Positions 1 to 8,263 of a stretch of DNA of 64,000 nucleotides are shown piece by piece. The translations under genes were made by a program, and so were the position numbers. How positions within the stretch are numbered: the stretch's first letter is position 1; each line of letters begins with the position of its first letter. A model generated the notes under the pieces. It saw nothing but the letters and a program-made list of their open reading frames with translations, searched no databases and was not told where the DNA came from. Source of the stretch: Bacillales bacterium UBA6877 (GTDB lineage: Bacteria > Bacillota_I > Bacilli_A > RFN20 > CAG-826); assembly GCA_002451465.1 (NCBI GenBank), contig DKCJ01000015.1:75448-139447 (forward strand), given 5' to 3'.

Positions 1-84
1 GAAATTGAACTTAAAAATGATTTTATTATAATAAGTGGAAAGCAAGGACTAAAAAGTCTCACATCATTTAACAGTTAACATGCG
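1..84 (+). mobile_element. 3-prime terminus of an IS element (the window starts inside it); encodes the C-terminal tail of a transposase
   Basis: Frame 1 reads EIELKNDFIIISGKQGLKSLTSFNS* with the stop at 76-78. The sequence is roughly 85-90 percent identical by eye to 4494-4572, which ends the decayed rve-type transposase remnant. Confidence 0.55.
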
Positions 85-568
85 AAATTATTACCAAATA
101 TAACCCAAAAAAATGTCTGCACTCCTTTCTAATTGACAACTTATTTTTCGCTGGTTGGAATCCAGTGCAAGTCTTATAGTCCCACGTTTTGTTGATATGT
201 AGTGTTTAAGACTTAAAGTCAAAGTTTTTTGGAGTCATACCTAAAAGACTTCATCATTTTGACTCTTCAATTGAGCAATTAGAAGGTATGAAAATATAAC
301 ATTTTAAACCTAAAGAAGCAGAAATAACCGTAATACATATACTACCCACTAGTAGGTTTAACGATAGTCGTGTCATTATTTATTACACCCTTCTTTAAGG
401 CATCTAAAATCATCTCTTTAGCGATTCTATTTTAATAGAACCAGTCGGATTATCTCTTTCGAGTTTAGCGTAAATATCAGCTTTTAGATTATATATTTCT
501 TTTAAACGATTAAGCTTAATTAAAGGAGTATTACTAATCGCATCAACAAGACCATTTTTAATATTCAT
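85..568 (-). pseudogene. cysK: Cysteine synthase (CysK/CBS family) pseudogene, frameshifted and 3-prime truncated
   Basis: The minus-strand ATG at 568 gives MNIKNGLVDAISNTPLIKLNRLKEIYNLKADIYAKLERDNPTGSIK, a CysK N-terminus. The frame then breaks several times (MILDALKKGVINNDTTIVKPTSG*, then ICITVISASLGLKCYIFIPSNCSIE in another frame). Only about half of a roughly 305-codon gene remains before the IS end at 84. Confidence 0.6.
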
Positions 569-630
569 AAATACCTATTAACAACACGAATAATATAGTC
601 TTACTAATTTATTTTACAACTAATATGATT

Positions 631-1455
631 TTATCTTTTAAGTTTATTTTTAATAAATTTATAAAGAAGAATAAGAAAAAAAATGAAGATGCCAACTAAT
701 ACGATAGTTCCACCTGTATTGATGTTAAGGAAATAGGATAAAAAAAGGCCGAATAGCTGCATAAATAAAGAGATGATAATCGCAATAATATAAGTCAAAG
801 AATACTTCTTAACTAATTTCAAAGAACATGCTACAGGAATAACAAGTAAAGAAGAGACAAGAAGAGTTCCAATAGTAACACTGCATATAGCAACACTTGC
901 AGAGATTATAATCATATTTAACATATTGAAGAATCCGACATTTAAACCACCGGCTTTAGCTTCTTTTTCATTATAACCAATAGCGAGATTTATCTTATAA
1001 GTTGCAAGGAAATAAATAATATCGATAAAAAAGATAGCTATCAAAACATAAATAGAATTCCTATCGATAGAAATGATAGAACCAAAGAGATAAGATTCAA
1101 ATCTATTACCACTAGCAAATTTTGTTAAAATACTAGTTATTGCGATCGATAAAGAAAGAACAATAGATAAGGCAACCTCCGAAAATTTATTAAACTTATT
1201 TCTTATAATTTCAATTATAACGCCAGCTATAATGCTAGCGATTATAGCCATATAAATAGGGAGAGTAGCACTAGCTAAACCAATAGCGATACCGCAAAGA
1301 GAAGTGTGGGAAATAGTATCTCCTATCATGCTTAATCTCTTAGTTACTACATTGACTCCTAAAACAGGTAAAATGAAAGCAATCAAAATAATAGCTATTA
1401 AAGCTCTCTGCATAAAAGAATAAGACAATATAGAATCTAAAATGATGCTGTTCAT
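631..1455 (-). CDS. znuB: Metal (Zn/Mn) ABC transporter permease, ZnuB/TroD family
   Basis: 274 aa polytopic membrane protein. Its start overlaps the upstream ATPase stop (ATGA). It sits in a cluster with an ATPase, a cluster-9 binding lipoprotein and a Fur-family regulator. Confidence 0.8.
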   Translation of the reverse strand: MNSIILDSILSYSFMQRALIAIILIAFILPVLGVNVVTKRLSMIGDTISHTSLCGIAIGLASATLPIYMAIIASIIAGVIIEIIRNKFNKFSEVALSIVLSLSIAITSILTKFASGNRFESYLFGSIISIDRNSIYVLIAIFFIDIIYFLATYKINLAIGYNEKEAKAGGLNVGFFNMLNMIIISASVAICSVTIGTLLVSSLLVIPVACSLKLVKKYSLTYIIAIIISLFMQLFGLFLSYFLNINTGGTIVLVGIFIFFLILLYKFIKNKLKR

Positions 1456-2087
1456 CTTATTACCCTCAATTTTCTCTCATCTAATTCTAAAATTCTCTTA
1501 CAATATTTAAAATCATCTTGAAGGTGAGAAACAATGATAATAGTTACCATTTCTTTATCGTGAATATCTTTTAATACCTTGATCAATTCAGATCTTGCAT
1601 TTTTATCAATACCGCTAGTCGGTTCATCTAAAACCAGTAAAGTAGGCTTGGAAATCAAGGCTTTTACTAATCTCACTTTTTGCTGTTCGCCTCCACTTAA
1701 TTCATTGAGTTGATGACCTTTATATTTCAATAAATCAAATTTGCACAAATAATCATCAATGATTCTTTTATCTTTTTTACTAGTAAAAGAAAAGATGGAA
1801 GTTTTCAATCCTAAGGCGACAATCTCTTCGATAGTAGCTGGAAAAAAACTTTCATCTGTAAAATTTAGTTGCGATAAAAAAGCTTTCTTTTTAAAAGAAT
1901 TAATAATTTTACCTTTAGTAGGTTTATAAAGACCTAAAAGCAAATTCAAGAGGGTGGTTTTGCCGGAACCATTTTCTCCGACAATTCCGACAAAATCACC
2001 TGTATTTATATCTAAATTTATTTGCTCCAAAACATGCTTCTTATCGTATGAAAACGAAACATCTTCAAAGTTGATTTTCTCGATCAC
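1452..2087 (-). CDS. znuC: Metal ABC transporter ATP-binding protein
   Basis: Walker A GENGSGKTT, signature LSGGEQQK, Walker B LLVLDEP. GTG start overlapping the znuA stop (GTGA). Confidence 0.85.
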   Translation of the reverse strand: MIEKINFEDVSFSYDKKHVLEQINLDINTGDFVGIVGENGSGKTTLLNLLLGLYKPTKGKIINSFKKKAFLSQLNFTDESFFPATIEEIVALGLKTSIFSFTSKKDKRIIDDYLCKFDLLKYKGHQLNELSGGEQQKVRLVKALISKPTLLVLDEPTSGIDKNARSELIKVLKDIHDKEMVTIIIVSHLQDDFKYCKRILELDERKLRVIR

Positions 2088-2950
2088 TTCAAAACCTCAT
2101 AAATAGTATTTAAATTATCATTCATAACCTTAAGATAGTTATCTCCATCCTTCCATTTATTTACATCGACACCTTCATAGGCAGAAAGAGTTTGAGCAGT
2201 CACTGTATAGTTATCTTTCTTCAATTCATTGATGACAGTATCGACATAATCACCAGCTGATAATTCCTCAACAAAGATAGTGTGGATATCATTCTCTTTA
2301 ATGTATTTTATCATATCTTGAACATCGCTAGAAGTAGGCTCATTATCTAAAGAATCGGCAATACCTTTGACATCGAGATTATAATCTTTTGCTAAATAAG
2401 AGAAAGCATCATGGGAACTGACAATCTTTTTGCTTTTTACGCTAGCTAACTTAATTTTATAACTTTCATTTAAAGTAGAGAACTCTTTCTTAGCTTCATT
2501 ATAATTATCAGTGTAAAAATCCTTATTAGCACTATCAATTTCAACAACTTTATCATAAATATTCTTCAACATAACTTGCGCGTTGATTAAAGATACCCAA
2601 GCATGAGGATCTTCTTTATTACCATCTTTCATAAACTTAATATCTTTAGTCGCTTCAAAATATTTATCCTTGTTTAAATTGATTGACCAAGTATCAAGAG
2701 AATGTCCATAAGCAACAAGTAAAGAAGCTTCTTCAGTAAAAGCAGCATTTTCAACACTAACATTAGAAAAGCCGTGAATATCATCATTACCAGCAATACA
2801 AATAACATCGACCTTGTTTTTAACAATTCTCATAGTGAAATCGTAAAGTGGAGCAAAAGTAGTAGCTATTTTTAACTTACCACTACTATTATTGCTACAA
2901 CCAGCTAAAGCCAAAAGCATAGAAGAAAGAAGTAAAGTAATCTTTTTCAT
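2084..2950 (-). CDS. znuA: Metal-binding lipoprotein, ZnuA/TroA (cluster 9) family
   Basis: Signal peptide with lipobox LALAGC. Conserved metal-ligand contexts DDIHGF, EDPHAW and SSHDAF. AAGGAG RBS upstream. No His-rich loop. Confidence 0.8.
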   Translation of the reverse strand: MKKITLLLSSMLLALAGCSNNSSGKLKIATTFAPLYDFTMRIVKNKVDVICIAGNDDIHGFSNVSVENAAFTEEASLLVAYGHSLDTWSINLNKDKYFEATKDIKFMKDGNKEDPHAWVSLINAQVMLKNIYDKVVEIDSANKDFYTDNYNEAKKEFSTLNESYKIKLASVKSKKIVSSHDAFSYLAKDYNLDVKGIADSLDNEPTSSDVQDMIKYIKENDIHTIFVEELSAGDYVDTVINELKKDNYTVTAQTLSAYEGVDVNKWKDGDNYLKVMNDNLNTIYEVLK

Positions 2951-2979
2951 AATTTTAATTCTCCTTAATTAAGTGCAAA

Positions 2980-2994
2980 TGCAAATCATTTGCA
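2980..2994. promoter_or_regulatory. Candidate Zur operator, perfect 7-1-7 palindrome TGCAAATcATTTGCA
   Basis: Perfect inverted repeat in the divergent znuA/zur intergenic region, 30 nt upstream of the znuA start. Its architecture matches Fur-family 7-1-7 boxes. Confidence 0.55.
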
Positions 2995-3074
2995 ACTAGT
3001 AATATACTCATCAGCATTCTTATTGTCAATAAAAACTATATTTTTTCTTCTGCATAGATTAAAATATTAAGGTA

Positions 3075-3464
3075 ATGGAACTTAAAAATACAAAAGCTAG
3101 AAAACATATTTTAGGAGTTTTAAAAACTGTTAAAACACCTTTGACTGCTGAGGAAGTTTATATAAAAGTCAAAGACTTTAAGATAAATATGTCAACAGTC
3201 TATCGGAGTTTAAACACTTTCACTAAGAGTAATTTAGTAAAGAAAGAAATTTCAAACATCGATAAAAAAGCCTACTACTCTCTTCTTTCAACTGAACACT
3301 ACCACATCTTAGAATGCACTACCTGCCACAAGAAAATTAGAATCAATTATTGCCCTTTCAAACAGACAGAGAAAAAGATTTATAATCAATTTGGCTTTAA
3401 AATCGATGATGAGAACTCTGTAGTATATGGGACATGTAAGGACTGTCTTAAAAAAAATAAATAA
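3075..3464 (+). CDS. zur: Fur-family transcriptional regulator, probably Zur
   Basis: 129 aa. N-terminal winged-helix region (TAEEVY, STVYRSL), then HYHILECTTCHK and a C-terminal CKDC cysteine pair. Divergent from the znu operon. Confidence 0.75.
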   Translation: MELKNTKARKHILGVLKTVKTPLTAEEVYIKVKDFKINMSTVYRSLNTFTKSNLVKKEISNIDKKAYYSLLSTEHYHILECTTCHKKIRINYCPFKQTEKKIYNQFGFKIDDENSVVYGTCKDCLKKNK

Positions 3465-3486
3465 TTATTTAATTAAAGTTTTAACT

Positions 3487-4047
3487 AAAAATGAAAAAGT
3501 TAGAGACTTTGCTATCAATACGACTAATCTTGTTTAAGAATTGTTAAAACTTAAAAATTATTCACTTATATCTATAGCTGTATTAAGAAGGATACTATCA
3601 GTTACTCTAATTTTAGGTTCACAATTAAAAATTGATAATGAATTAGTGACTGTTAGCATCAATGAAGATAAACCACTAAAACAAATAATTGCTACTTCTA
3701 ATAATTCCTATAAAGTTAAAGAATATTGTTCTAATCCCGCCTGTATCCTTTTTCCTAATAAAGCTAACTATCTCAACGTTGATGTGACATTAGCGATGGA
3801 ACACTCATAGTTATAAGAGATTACAAATTAAAAGAACTATACTCCCATGCTGTCAACTTTATAAGTGGAGAGATTGCAGAAGGTTTTGCTTATTACTTCG
3901 CTCAATCTGAACAAACTCCTTCTGCTTTCGGCTTAGGAGTATTACTCAATAAAGATGATTGTAGTTTAAAAACTAGTGATGGTTTTATAATTCAACTTAT
4001 GTCGCATGCTTCTGAAGATACAATTAAAAGGCTTTTAAAAGTGTAAC
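3487..4047 (+). pseudogene. hslO: Hsp33 (redox chaperone HslO) pseudogene with an in-frame stop, a frameshift and no C-terminal zinc domain
   Basis: Fragments read VRDFAINTTNLV*ELLKLKNYSLISIAVLRRILSVTLILGSQLKIDNELVTVSINEDKPLKQII and, in another frame, ISGEIAEGFAYYFAQSEQTPSAFGLGVLLNKDD...GFIIQLMSHASEDTIKRLLK. These match the Hsp33 pattern (ALGR..., YY..SEQ.PSA..LGV, GG..IQ..P.A). The CxC...CxxC domain is missing. The track ORF 3541-3810 is one fragment of this pseudogene. Confidence 0.7.
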
Positions 4048-4057
4048 AAATGTCTTG

Positions 4058-4572
4058 AAAGTCGATACAAGACCCGGAAACTTACTTTCTATTGCCTTAA
4101 AAGGCTTAACTTTCGATGTATGAGTCGGTCTATTGCTTTAAGAAAAGCTATAGAATTTTTTGGTTATTCACCGATTGTTCTTTAAATTGACAATAGATGG
4201 GAATTTTCGAACGTTGTAAGAAGAGATAAAAAGCACAGCATGTTAGAAAATATCCTAACATATGTGAAACTTTATGCATAGAATATGGTATTATTCATTA
4301 ATCTATTCATCCAAGAACAACCAGAACATGATGGTAAAGTAAAAAAAGAAGTCATTGGATTGATCAAAACAAGTGTTATAAAACATTAAAATTTATTCAT
4401 TGTATGATTTAAGGAACCAAGGGAAAGCCTGGAACAAAAGATATAACAACAAACATTGATTTATCCTTAATTGTAAAGGCCCATAACGAAATAGAAATAG
4501 AACTTAAAAATGATTTTATTATAATAAGAGAAAACAATGACAAAAAGTCTCACATCATTTGACAGTTAACAT
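4058..4572 (+). mobile_element. Decayed, 5-prime truncated IS remnant; DDE (rve-type integrase core, IS481/IS3-like) transposase pseudogene
   Basis: Broken frames read ALRKAIEFFGYSPIVL*IDNRWEFS, then EYGIIH*SIHPRTTRT*W*SKKRSHWIDQNKCYKTLKF, then GKPGTKDITTNIDLSLIVKAHNEIEIELKNDFIII. This matches the TDNG.EF ... P.TP.hNGKVER.hr ... YN...H pattern of the rve core. There are multiple stops. Confidence 0.6.
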
Positions 4573-4721
4573 TGATTAAAGTTTTAATTAATGTTTTAAT
4601 TTTTTATATAATCTTCACTAAAAATATTATTTATTTACTACCATTTTTTTATTTTAATTTCCTATTTTTTTAAAAAACTATACATTTCACGCACTATTTT
4701 CTCAAAATTTTATTATTTATA

Positions 4722-4742
4722 TGATAAAATTTTTTTAGGAGG
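4722..4742 (+). promoter_or_regulatory. Extended -10 (TGaTAAAAT, 4722-4730) and AGGAGG RBS (4737-4742) for the aquaporin gene
   Basis: TG-n-TAAAAT lies 21 nt upstream of the ATG at 4751. A perfect AGGAGG lies 8 nt upstream of the ATG. No convincing -35 element. Confidence 0.4.
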
Positions 4743-4750
4743 AATATTTT

Positions 4751-6049
4751 ATGAAACTTTTTAAAAAGTTTTTAGCTGAATTAGTTGGTACAGCAGGTCT
4801 TGTAGGCTTTGGATGTGGTGTCGCTGTTCTACTTGGTCTGTATGATGCAGGCAGCCAAAATTTAGTAGTCAATAACTTAGTTATTGCTTTAACTTTTGGT
4901 TTATCGATTGTTGCAATGGGCTATTCAATTGGTAATGTATCTGGATGTCACGTTAATCCAGCTGTGTCTTTTGGTGTTTTAATTTATAATTATTTAAAAC
5001 CAAAAGATAAAAGGAATTTTTCATTTGTAGAATTCTTAGTTTATGTTGTTGCCCAAATAATTGGGGCATTTTTAGGTTGTTTTTTATTGTGGTTATTATT
5101 TGGTAAATGTAGTTATGGTGCAAACCAAACTAGTGATTTCTTAAAGTCATTAGGTGAAGACCAATCAATTCTTTCCGCATTTACAATTGAAACTTTATTA
5201 TCTGCAGTTTTTGTTTTAGTTGTATTAGGTGTTACTTCACAAGAAAAATCTGAAAGAAGAGCTGGATTTGTTATTGGTTTAACCTTAACACTTGTTCATA
5301 TTTTTGGTATTCCATTCACTGGAACAAGCGTAAATCCTGCAAGATCTTTAGCTCCTGCAGTATTTGCATATTATTTTAATAAAACAAGTGTTCCACTCAA
5401 TGAGCTTTGGATTTATCTTACTGCACCACTTCTCGGCGCTTTAGTTGCTGCTTTTGTTTATTGGATAATTACATATACAAAAAATAATAAAGTAGAAAAT
5501 AAGCCAGTTGTTCTCGAAGCCAAAGAAGAAGAAACTCTTGAGGAAGAGAAAAAAGAAGAGGTTAAGGAAGAACCAGCAGAAGTTAAGGAAGAACCTAAAG
5601 AAGAAAAGGTTGAAGAACAACCTGTTTCAAAAGAGGAAGTACCTGTAGAAGAAGAAAAAGAAAAATTAGACATTAAAAGAGTGAGCTTTCTTACAAAACT
5701 TATAAAAGCCGATAAAGATTTACAAGTTAAATACGAAACAATTAAAAACGAACTTTTATCTTATGGTGTTAAATCAAGAATGAGTTTTGAAGGAGATACC
5801 TATAGACTTCATAAGGTTGAATATGCTTTCGTTACAATTAGAGGAAAAACTTTAAAATTATATTTAAAATTAGATCCTAAAAAATACGAAAATTCACCAA
5901 TACCAGTCAAGAATGAATCTTCAAAGAAGAAATATGAAACAACTCCAGCTGTCTTAAAAGTTAAAAGCGACTTATCATTAAAAAGAGCCCTTAGCTTAAT
6001 CGATGATACAATGAATGAAGCTAAAATAACTAAAAAAGTACAAGCTTAA
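4751..6049 (+). CDS. MIP-family channel (aquaporin Z-like) fused to an E/K-rich linker and a C-terminal domain of about 125 aa with unknown function
   Basis: Two NPA boxes (SGCHVNPAVS and GTSVNPARS) within six TM segments in residues 1-245. Residues 256-306 are EEVKEEP-type low complexity. Residues 307-432 (LDIKRVSFLTKLIKADKDLQVKYETIKNELLSYGVKSRMSFEGDTYRLHK...GKTLKLYLKLDPKKY) look like a globular domain. Confidence 0.85.
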   Translation: MKLFKKFLAELVGTAGLVGFGCGVAVLLGLYDAGSQNLVVNNLVIALTFGLSIVAMGYSIGNVSGCHVNPAVSFGVLIYNYLKPKDKRNFSFVEFLVYVVAQIIGAFLGCFLLWLLFGKCSYGANQTSDFLKSLGEDQSILSAFTIETLLSAVFVLVVLGVTSQEKSERRAGFVIGLTLTLVHIFGIPFTGTSVNPARSLAPAVFAYYFNKTSVPLNELWIYLTAPLLGALVAAFVYWIITYTKNNKVENKPVVLEAKEEETLEEEKKEEVKEEPAEVKEEPKEEKVEEQPVSKEEVPVEEEKEKLDIKRVSFLTKLIKADKDLQVKYETIKNELLSYGVKSRMSFEGDTYRLHKVEYAFVTIRGKTLKLYLKLDPKKYENSPIPVKNESSKKKYETTPAVLKVKSDLSLKRALSLIDDTMNEAKITKKVQA

Positions 6050-6057
6050 AGTTAAAA

Positions 6058-6086
6058 AAACGCTAAATTAAATTTAGCGTTTTTTA
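6058..6086 (+). terminator. Rho-independent terminator after the aquaporin gene
   Basis: The stem CGCTAAATT / AATTTAGCG (6061-6069 and 6071-6079) is followed by TTTTTT. Confidence 0.7.
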
Positions 6087-6170
6087 TATCGATTTTATTT
6101 GTTATTTTGATTTTGTTATCTATATTTTCACCTATTTTACAAAACCGGCAAATTGACTATAATAATTAAT

Positions 6171-6581
6171 ATGAAAAACAAATTTCTAATTATTGGAGCT
6201 GGTAAGCTCGGAAGCTATATAGCAAATTCCTTATCTGTAAATGGATTTGACGTAATTATTATTGATAAGGATAAAGAAAAAATTGAATATTTACCATTAA
6301 CTTATAGCGGATTAACATGTGTTGGCGATGCTACACTTGTTGATACTCTTGAAAATAATGGTATTGCTACATGTAAATGTATTATTTGTTTGACTGATGA
6401 CGATAGTACAAATATTTTTGTTAGCCACCTTGCTAAAGTATTCTTTGAAGTGCCTAATATTTTTATTAGATTAAATGATCCTAAAAAGAATATTTTGGTT
6501 GATAGTTTAGGTATAAAAACTATTTCTCCATTTATTAGTGGAATTGAACAAATTGATAAATTAATAAAGGGGATTAATTAA
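6171..6581 (+). CDS. RCK / TrkA-N domain protein (K+ transport regulatory subunit-like)
   Basis: Rossmann motif LIIGAGKLGSYIANSL followed by VIIIDKD. The ATG at 6171 is preferred over the track TTG at 6153, which lies inside a TTGACTATAAT promoter-like string. Confidence 0.7.
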   Translation: MKNKFLIIGAGKLGSYIANSLSVNGFDVIIIDKDKEKIEYLPLTYSGLTCVGDATLVDTLENNGIATCKCIICLTDDDSTNIFVSHLAKVFFEVPNIFIRLNDPKKNILVDSLGIKTISPFISGIEQIDKLIKGIN

Positions 6582-6583
6582 AT

Positions 6584-7285
6584 ATGAGAATTGTTATTTG
6601 TGGTGGTAATAACCAAGCTTCTTATATCATTGATATGTTTAAGAAGGATAAAAGAAAAAAGCATGAACTTATAATCATTAATGATGACGTAGATTATGCT
6701 AAATTTTTATCAAATAAATATAAGGTTCCAGTTATTACTGGTGACTTTACAAAATCATATATTTTAGATGATGCAAACATCAATAATGCTGATTTATTTA
6801 TTACTTTAAGCAGCGTTGATACTGATAACTATGTCGCTTGTTTATTAGCAAAGAATGTATATCATGTTAAAAAAACTATTAGTGCCGTTTTAAATCCTAA
6901 TAACGTTAAAGTTTTTAAAAGTCTTGGCATTGATTCTGCTATTTCTTCATCATTTTTAATTGGTGAAACAATTAAAAATGAAAGTAATATTGAAGATGTC
7001 TTTAAATCACTTTCTATTGAAGATGATATGATTAAAATCATTGAAGTTAATATTAAAAACAATTACTTAATTTGTAATAAAGAATTAAAAGATTTAACAG
7101 ATTTCCCAGATTTTTGTACTATTAGTGCAATATTTAGAAAACCACATATTATTATCCCTAAAGGTAAAACTGATATAAGAACCGGTGATAAATTAATTAT
7201 TGTTGGTTCAACAAAAGATGAAGAAAAAATAATTAGTTATATTACAAAAGAAAAAGAAGTACCTACAAATAATAAGAAAAAATAG
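6584..7285 (+). CDS. TrkA-N plus TrkA-C (RCK_C) domain protein with a degenerate dinucleotide-binding loop
   Basis: N-terminal MRIVICGGNNQASYII (degenerate GxGxxG). C-terminal IIEVNIKNNYLICNKELKDL...ISAIFRKPHIIIPKGKTDIRTGDKLIIVGS is typical of RCK_C. The RBS is AAGGGG. Confidence 0.7.
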   Translation: MRIVICGGNNQASYIIDMFKKDKRKKHELIIINDDVDYAKFLSNKYKVPVITGDFTKSYILDDANINNADLFITLSSVDTDNYVACLLAKNVYHVKKTISAVLNPNNVKVFKSLGIDSAISSSFLIGETIKNESNIEDVFKSLSIEDDMIKIIEVNIKNNYLICNKELKDLTDFPDFCTISAIFRKPHIIIPKGKTDIRTGDKLIIVGSTKDEEKIISYITKEKEVPTNNKKK

Positions 7286-7310
7286 AGCTCTAATAAAGCT
7301 CTATTTTTTT
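7283..7310. terminator. Bidirectional rho-independent terminator between convergent genes
   Basis: TAGAGCT-ctaataa-AGCTCTA followed by TTTTTTT, with an A-run on the other side. Confidence 0.65.
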
Positions 7311-7333
7311 ATATTTTTGATTTTATCAATTTT

Positions 7334-8125
7334 TTATTTATCTTTAACTTTAACCTTATCTCCATCAATGATTACGACTTTTTCTTGCTTAGCTTTTTCA
7401 ATTGCATGATCATGAATAAGTTTATCAACTGGACCAAAGACACTATAATAAAGTGGAATTGCAAGGAATAAAAGCCACCATGGATGCCACATATTGAAAC
7501 GTACACCTAAAAATAAAAATGTTGCAGTAACTAAAAGTGGAATAGGTACTAAGCAAAATCTTCTTTTAATAATTGCTTCAAGTAATGCTCCAGGAACTGG
7601 AATTAATATAAATATAACCCAATAAACTCTCCATCCTAAATTATTTGGTAATAAGAATCCAAGTAAAAGATAGATAAGGACAGCTAAAAGAGGGAAAAAA
7701 CTATTTATATAAACTCTTGCTCTTTGAGCGATTTTATCACGACGTTCTGAAGACGAATCAACAAAAACATCTTTTCCATTTTCTTTAAAAGAAACACTAC
7801 TATTATGCATATCAACATTTACATCAATTCTACTTCCATCATCATCTACTAAATGTACTCCATCATTATTCATAGTAATTGCGTCTTTTGAATTTTTATT
7901 CTTTAAAACTTCATCAACACTTTTATCTGTATTTACTAATTCATCAAGAGTGACGTTATATAATTTTGCAAGTTCTTTTAAATAATCAATTGATGGAGTA
8001 ACTTCGCCACTTTCCCAATTTGAAATTGATTGTCTTGAAACGTTTAATAAATTTCCAAGCTCTTCTTGGGAATAACCAAATTTTTTTCTAAATTCAACAA
8101 GTCTATTTGCTAATTCAATTGTCAT
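7334..8125 (-). CDS. XRE-family HTH transcriptional regulator with a C-terminal membrane domain
   Basis: N-terminus FGYSQEELGNLLNVSRQSISNWESGEVTPSIDYLKELAKLYNVTLDELV is a Cro/C1 HTH. The C-terminal roughly 110 aa contain three or four hydrophobic helices. Confidence 0.8.
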   Translation of the reverse strand: MTIELANRLVEFRKKFGYSQEELGNLLNVSRQSISNWESGEVTPSIDYLKELAKLYNVTLDELVNTDKSVDEVLKNKNSKDAITMNNDGVHLVDDDGSRIDVNVDMHNSSVSFKENGKDVFVDSSSERRDKIAQRARVYINSFFPLLAVLIYLLLGFLLPNNLGWRVYWVIFILIPVPGALLEAIIKRRFCLVPIPLLVTATFLFLGVRFNMWHPWWLLFLAIPLYYSVFGPVDKLIHDHAIEKAKQEKVVIIDGDKVKVKDK

Positions 8126-8198
8126 AATTTTCTCCTTTAAACTTTAAAAATATTAAACAACAATGAACAAATTTTTAACACCAAACTTAATTTACTAC

Positions 8199-8218
8199 AT
8201 GTAAAGAATACTTTACAT
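8199..8218. promoter_or_regulatory. Inverted repeat ATGTAAAG-aata-CTTTACAT upstream of the XRE regulator gene (candidate operator)
   Basis: Perfect 8-bp arms with a 4-nt spacer, about 75 nt upstream of the start at 8125. No T-run follows on the minus strand, so a terminator is less likely. Confidence 0.35.
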
Positions 8219-8263
8219 TTTCGAAAAAAACAATAATTTAATGGGTTTAATATATATTTTTAA

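Noticed and set aside
3541-3810. 89-aa ORF offered by the track as a possible gene
   Set aside because: It is one fragment of the broken hslO (Hsp33) gene. Homologous sequence continues upstream across an in-frame TAA (3535-3537) and downstream in another frame.
1-4572. Active composite transposon carrying the znu/zur locus
   Set aside because: The right-hand IS copy is 5-prime truncated and full of stop codons. Only 84 nt of the left copy are visible. No inverted repeats or target-site duplications can be identified. It is better described as IS-associated decay.
5516-5670. Apparent tandem repeat (GAAGAAG.. / EEVKEEP units) in the aquaporin linker, considered as a contingency locus or repeat array
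   Set aside because: The units are imperfect and vary in length. The region stays in frame and reads as ordinary E/K/P low-complexity linker. There is no homopolymer or exact short-repeat tract that would support phase variation.
5458-5673. 71-aa minus-strand ORF rich in Ser/Thr inside the aquaporin gene. It stands for all the short antisense track ORFs: 6862-7062, 14341-14595, 16871-17089, 22055-22246, 22519-22800, 23693-23926, 26874-27065, 27616-27819, 33107-33430, 33148-33357, 40621-40983, 45311-45538, 46886-47329, 51663-51857, 52338-52667, 52799-53044, 57799-58017, 59230-59430 and 61784-62002.
   Set aside because: Each lies wholly inside, and antisense to, a long ORF with strong family motifs. 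None has an RBS. Their low-complexity composition mirrors the sense-strand codons. In AT-rich DNA antisense frames often stay open by chance.
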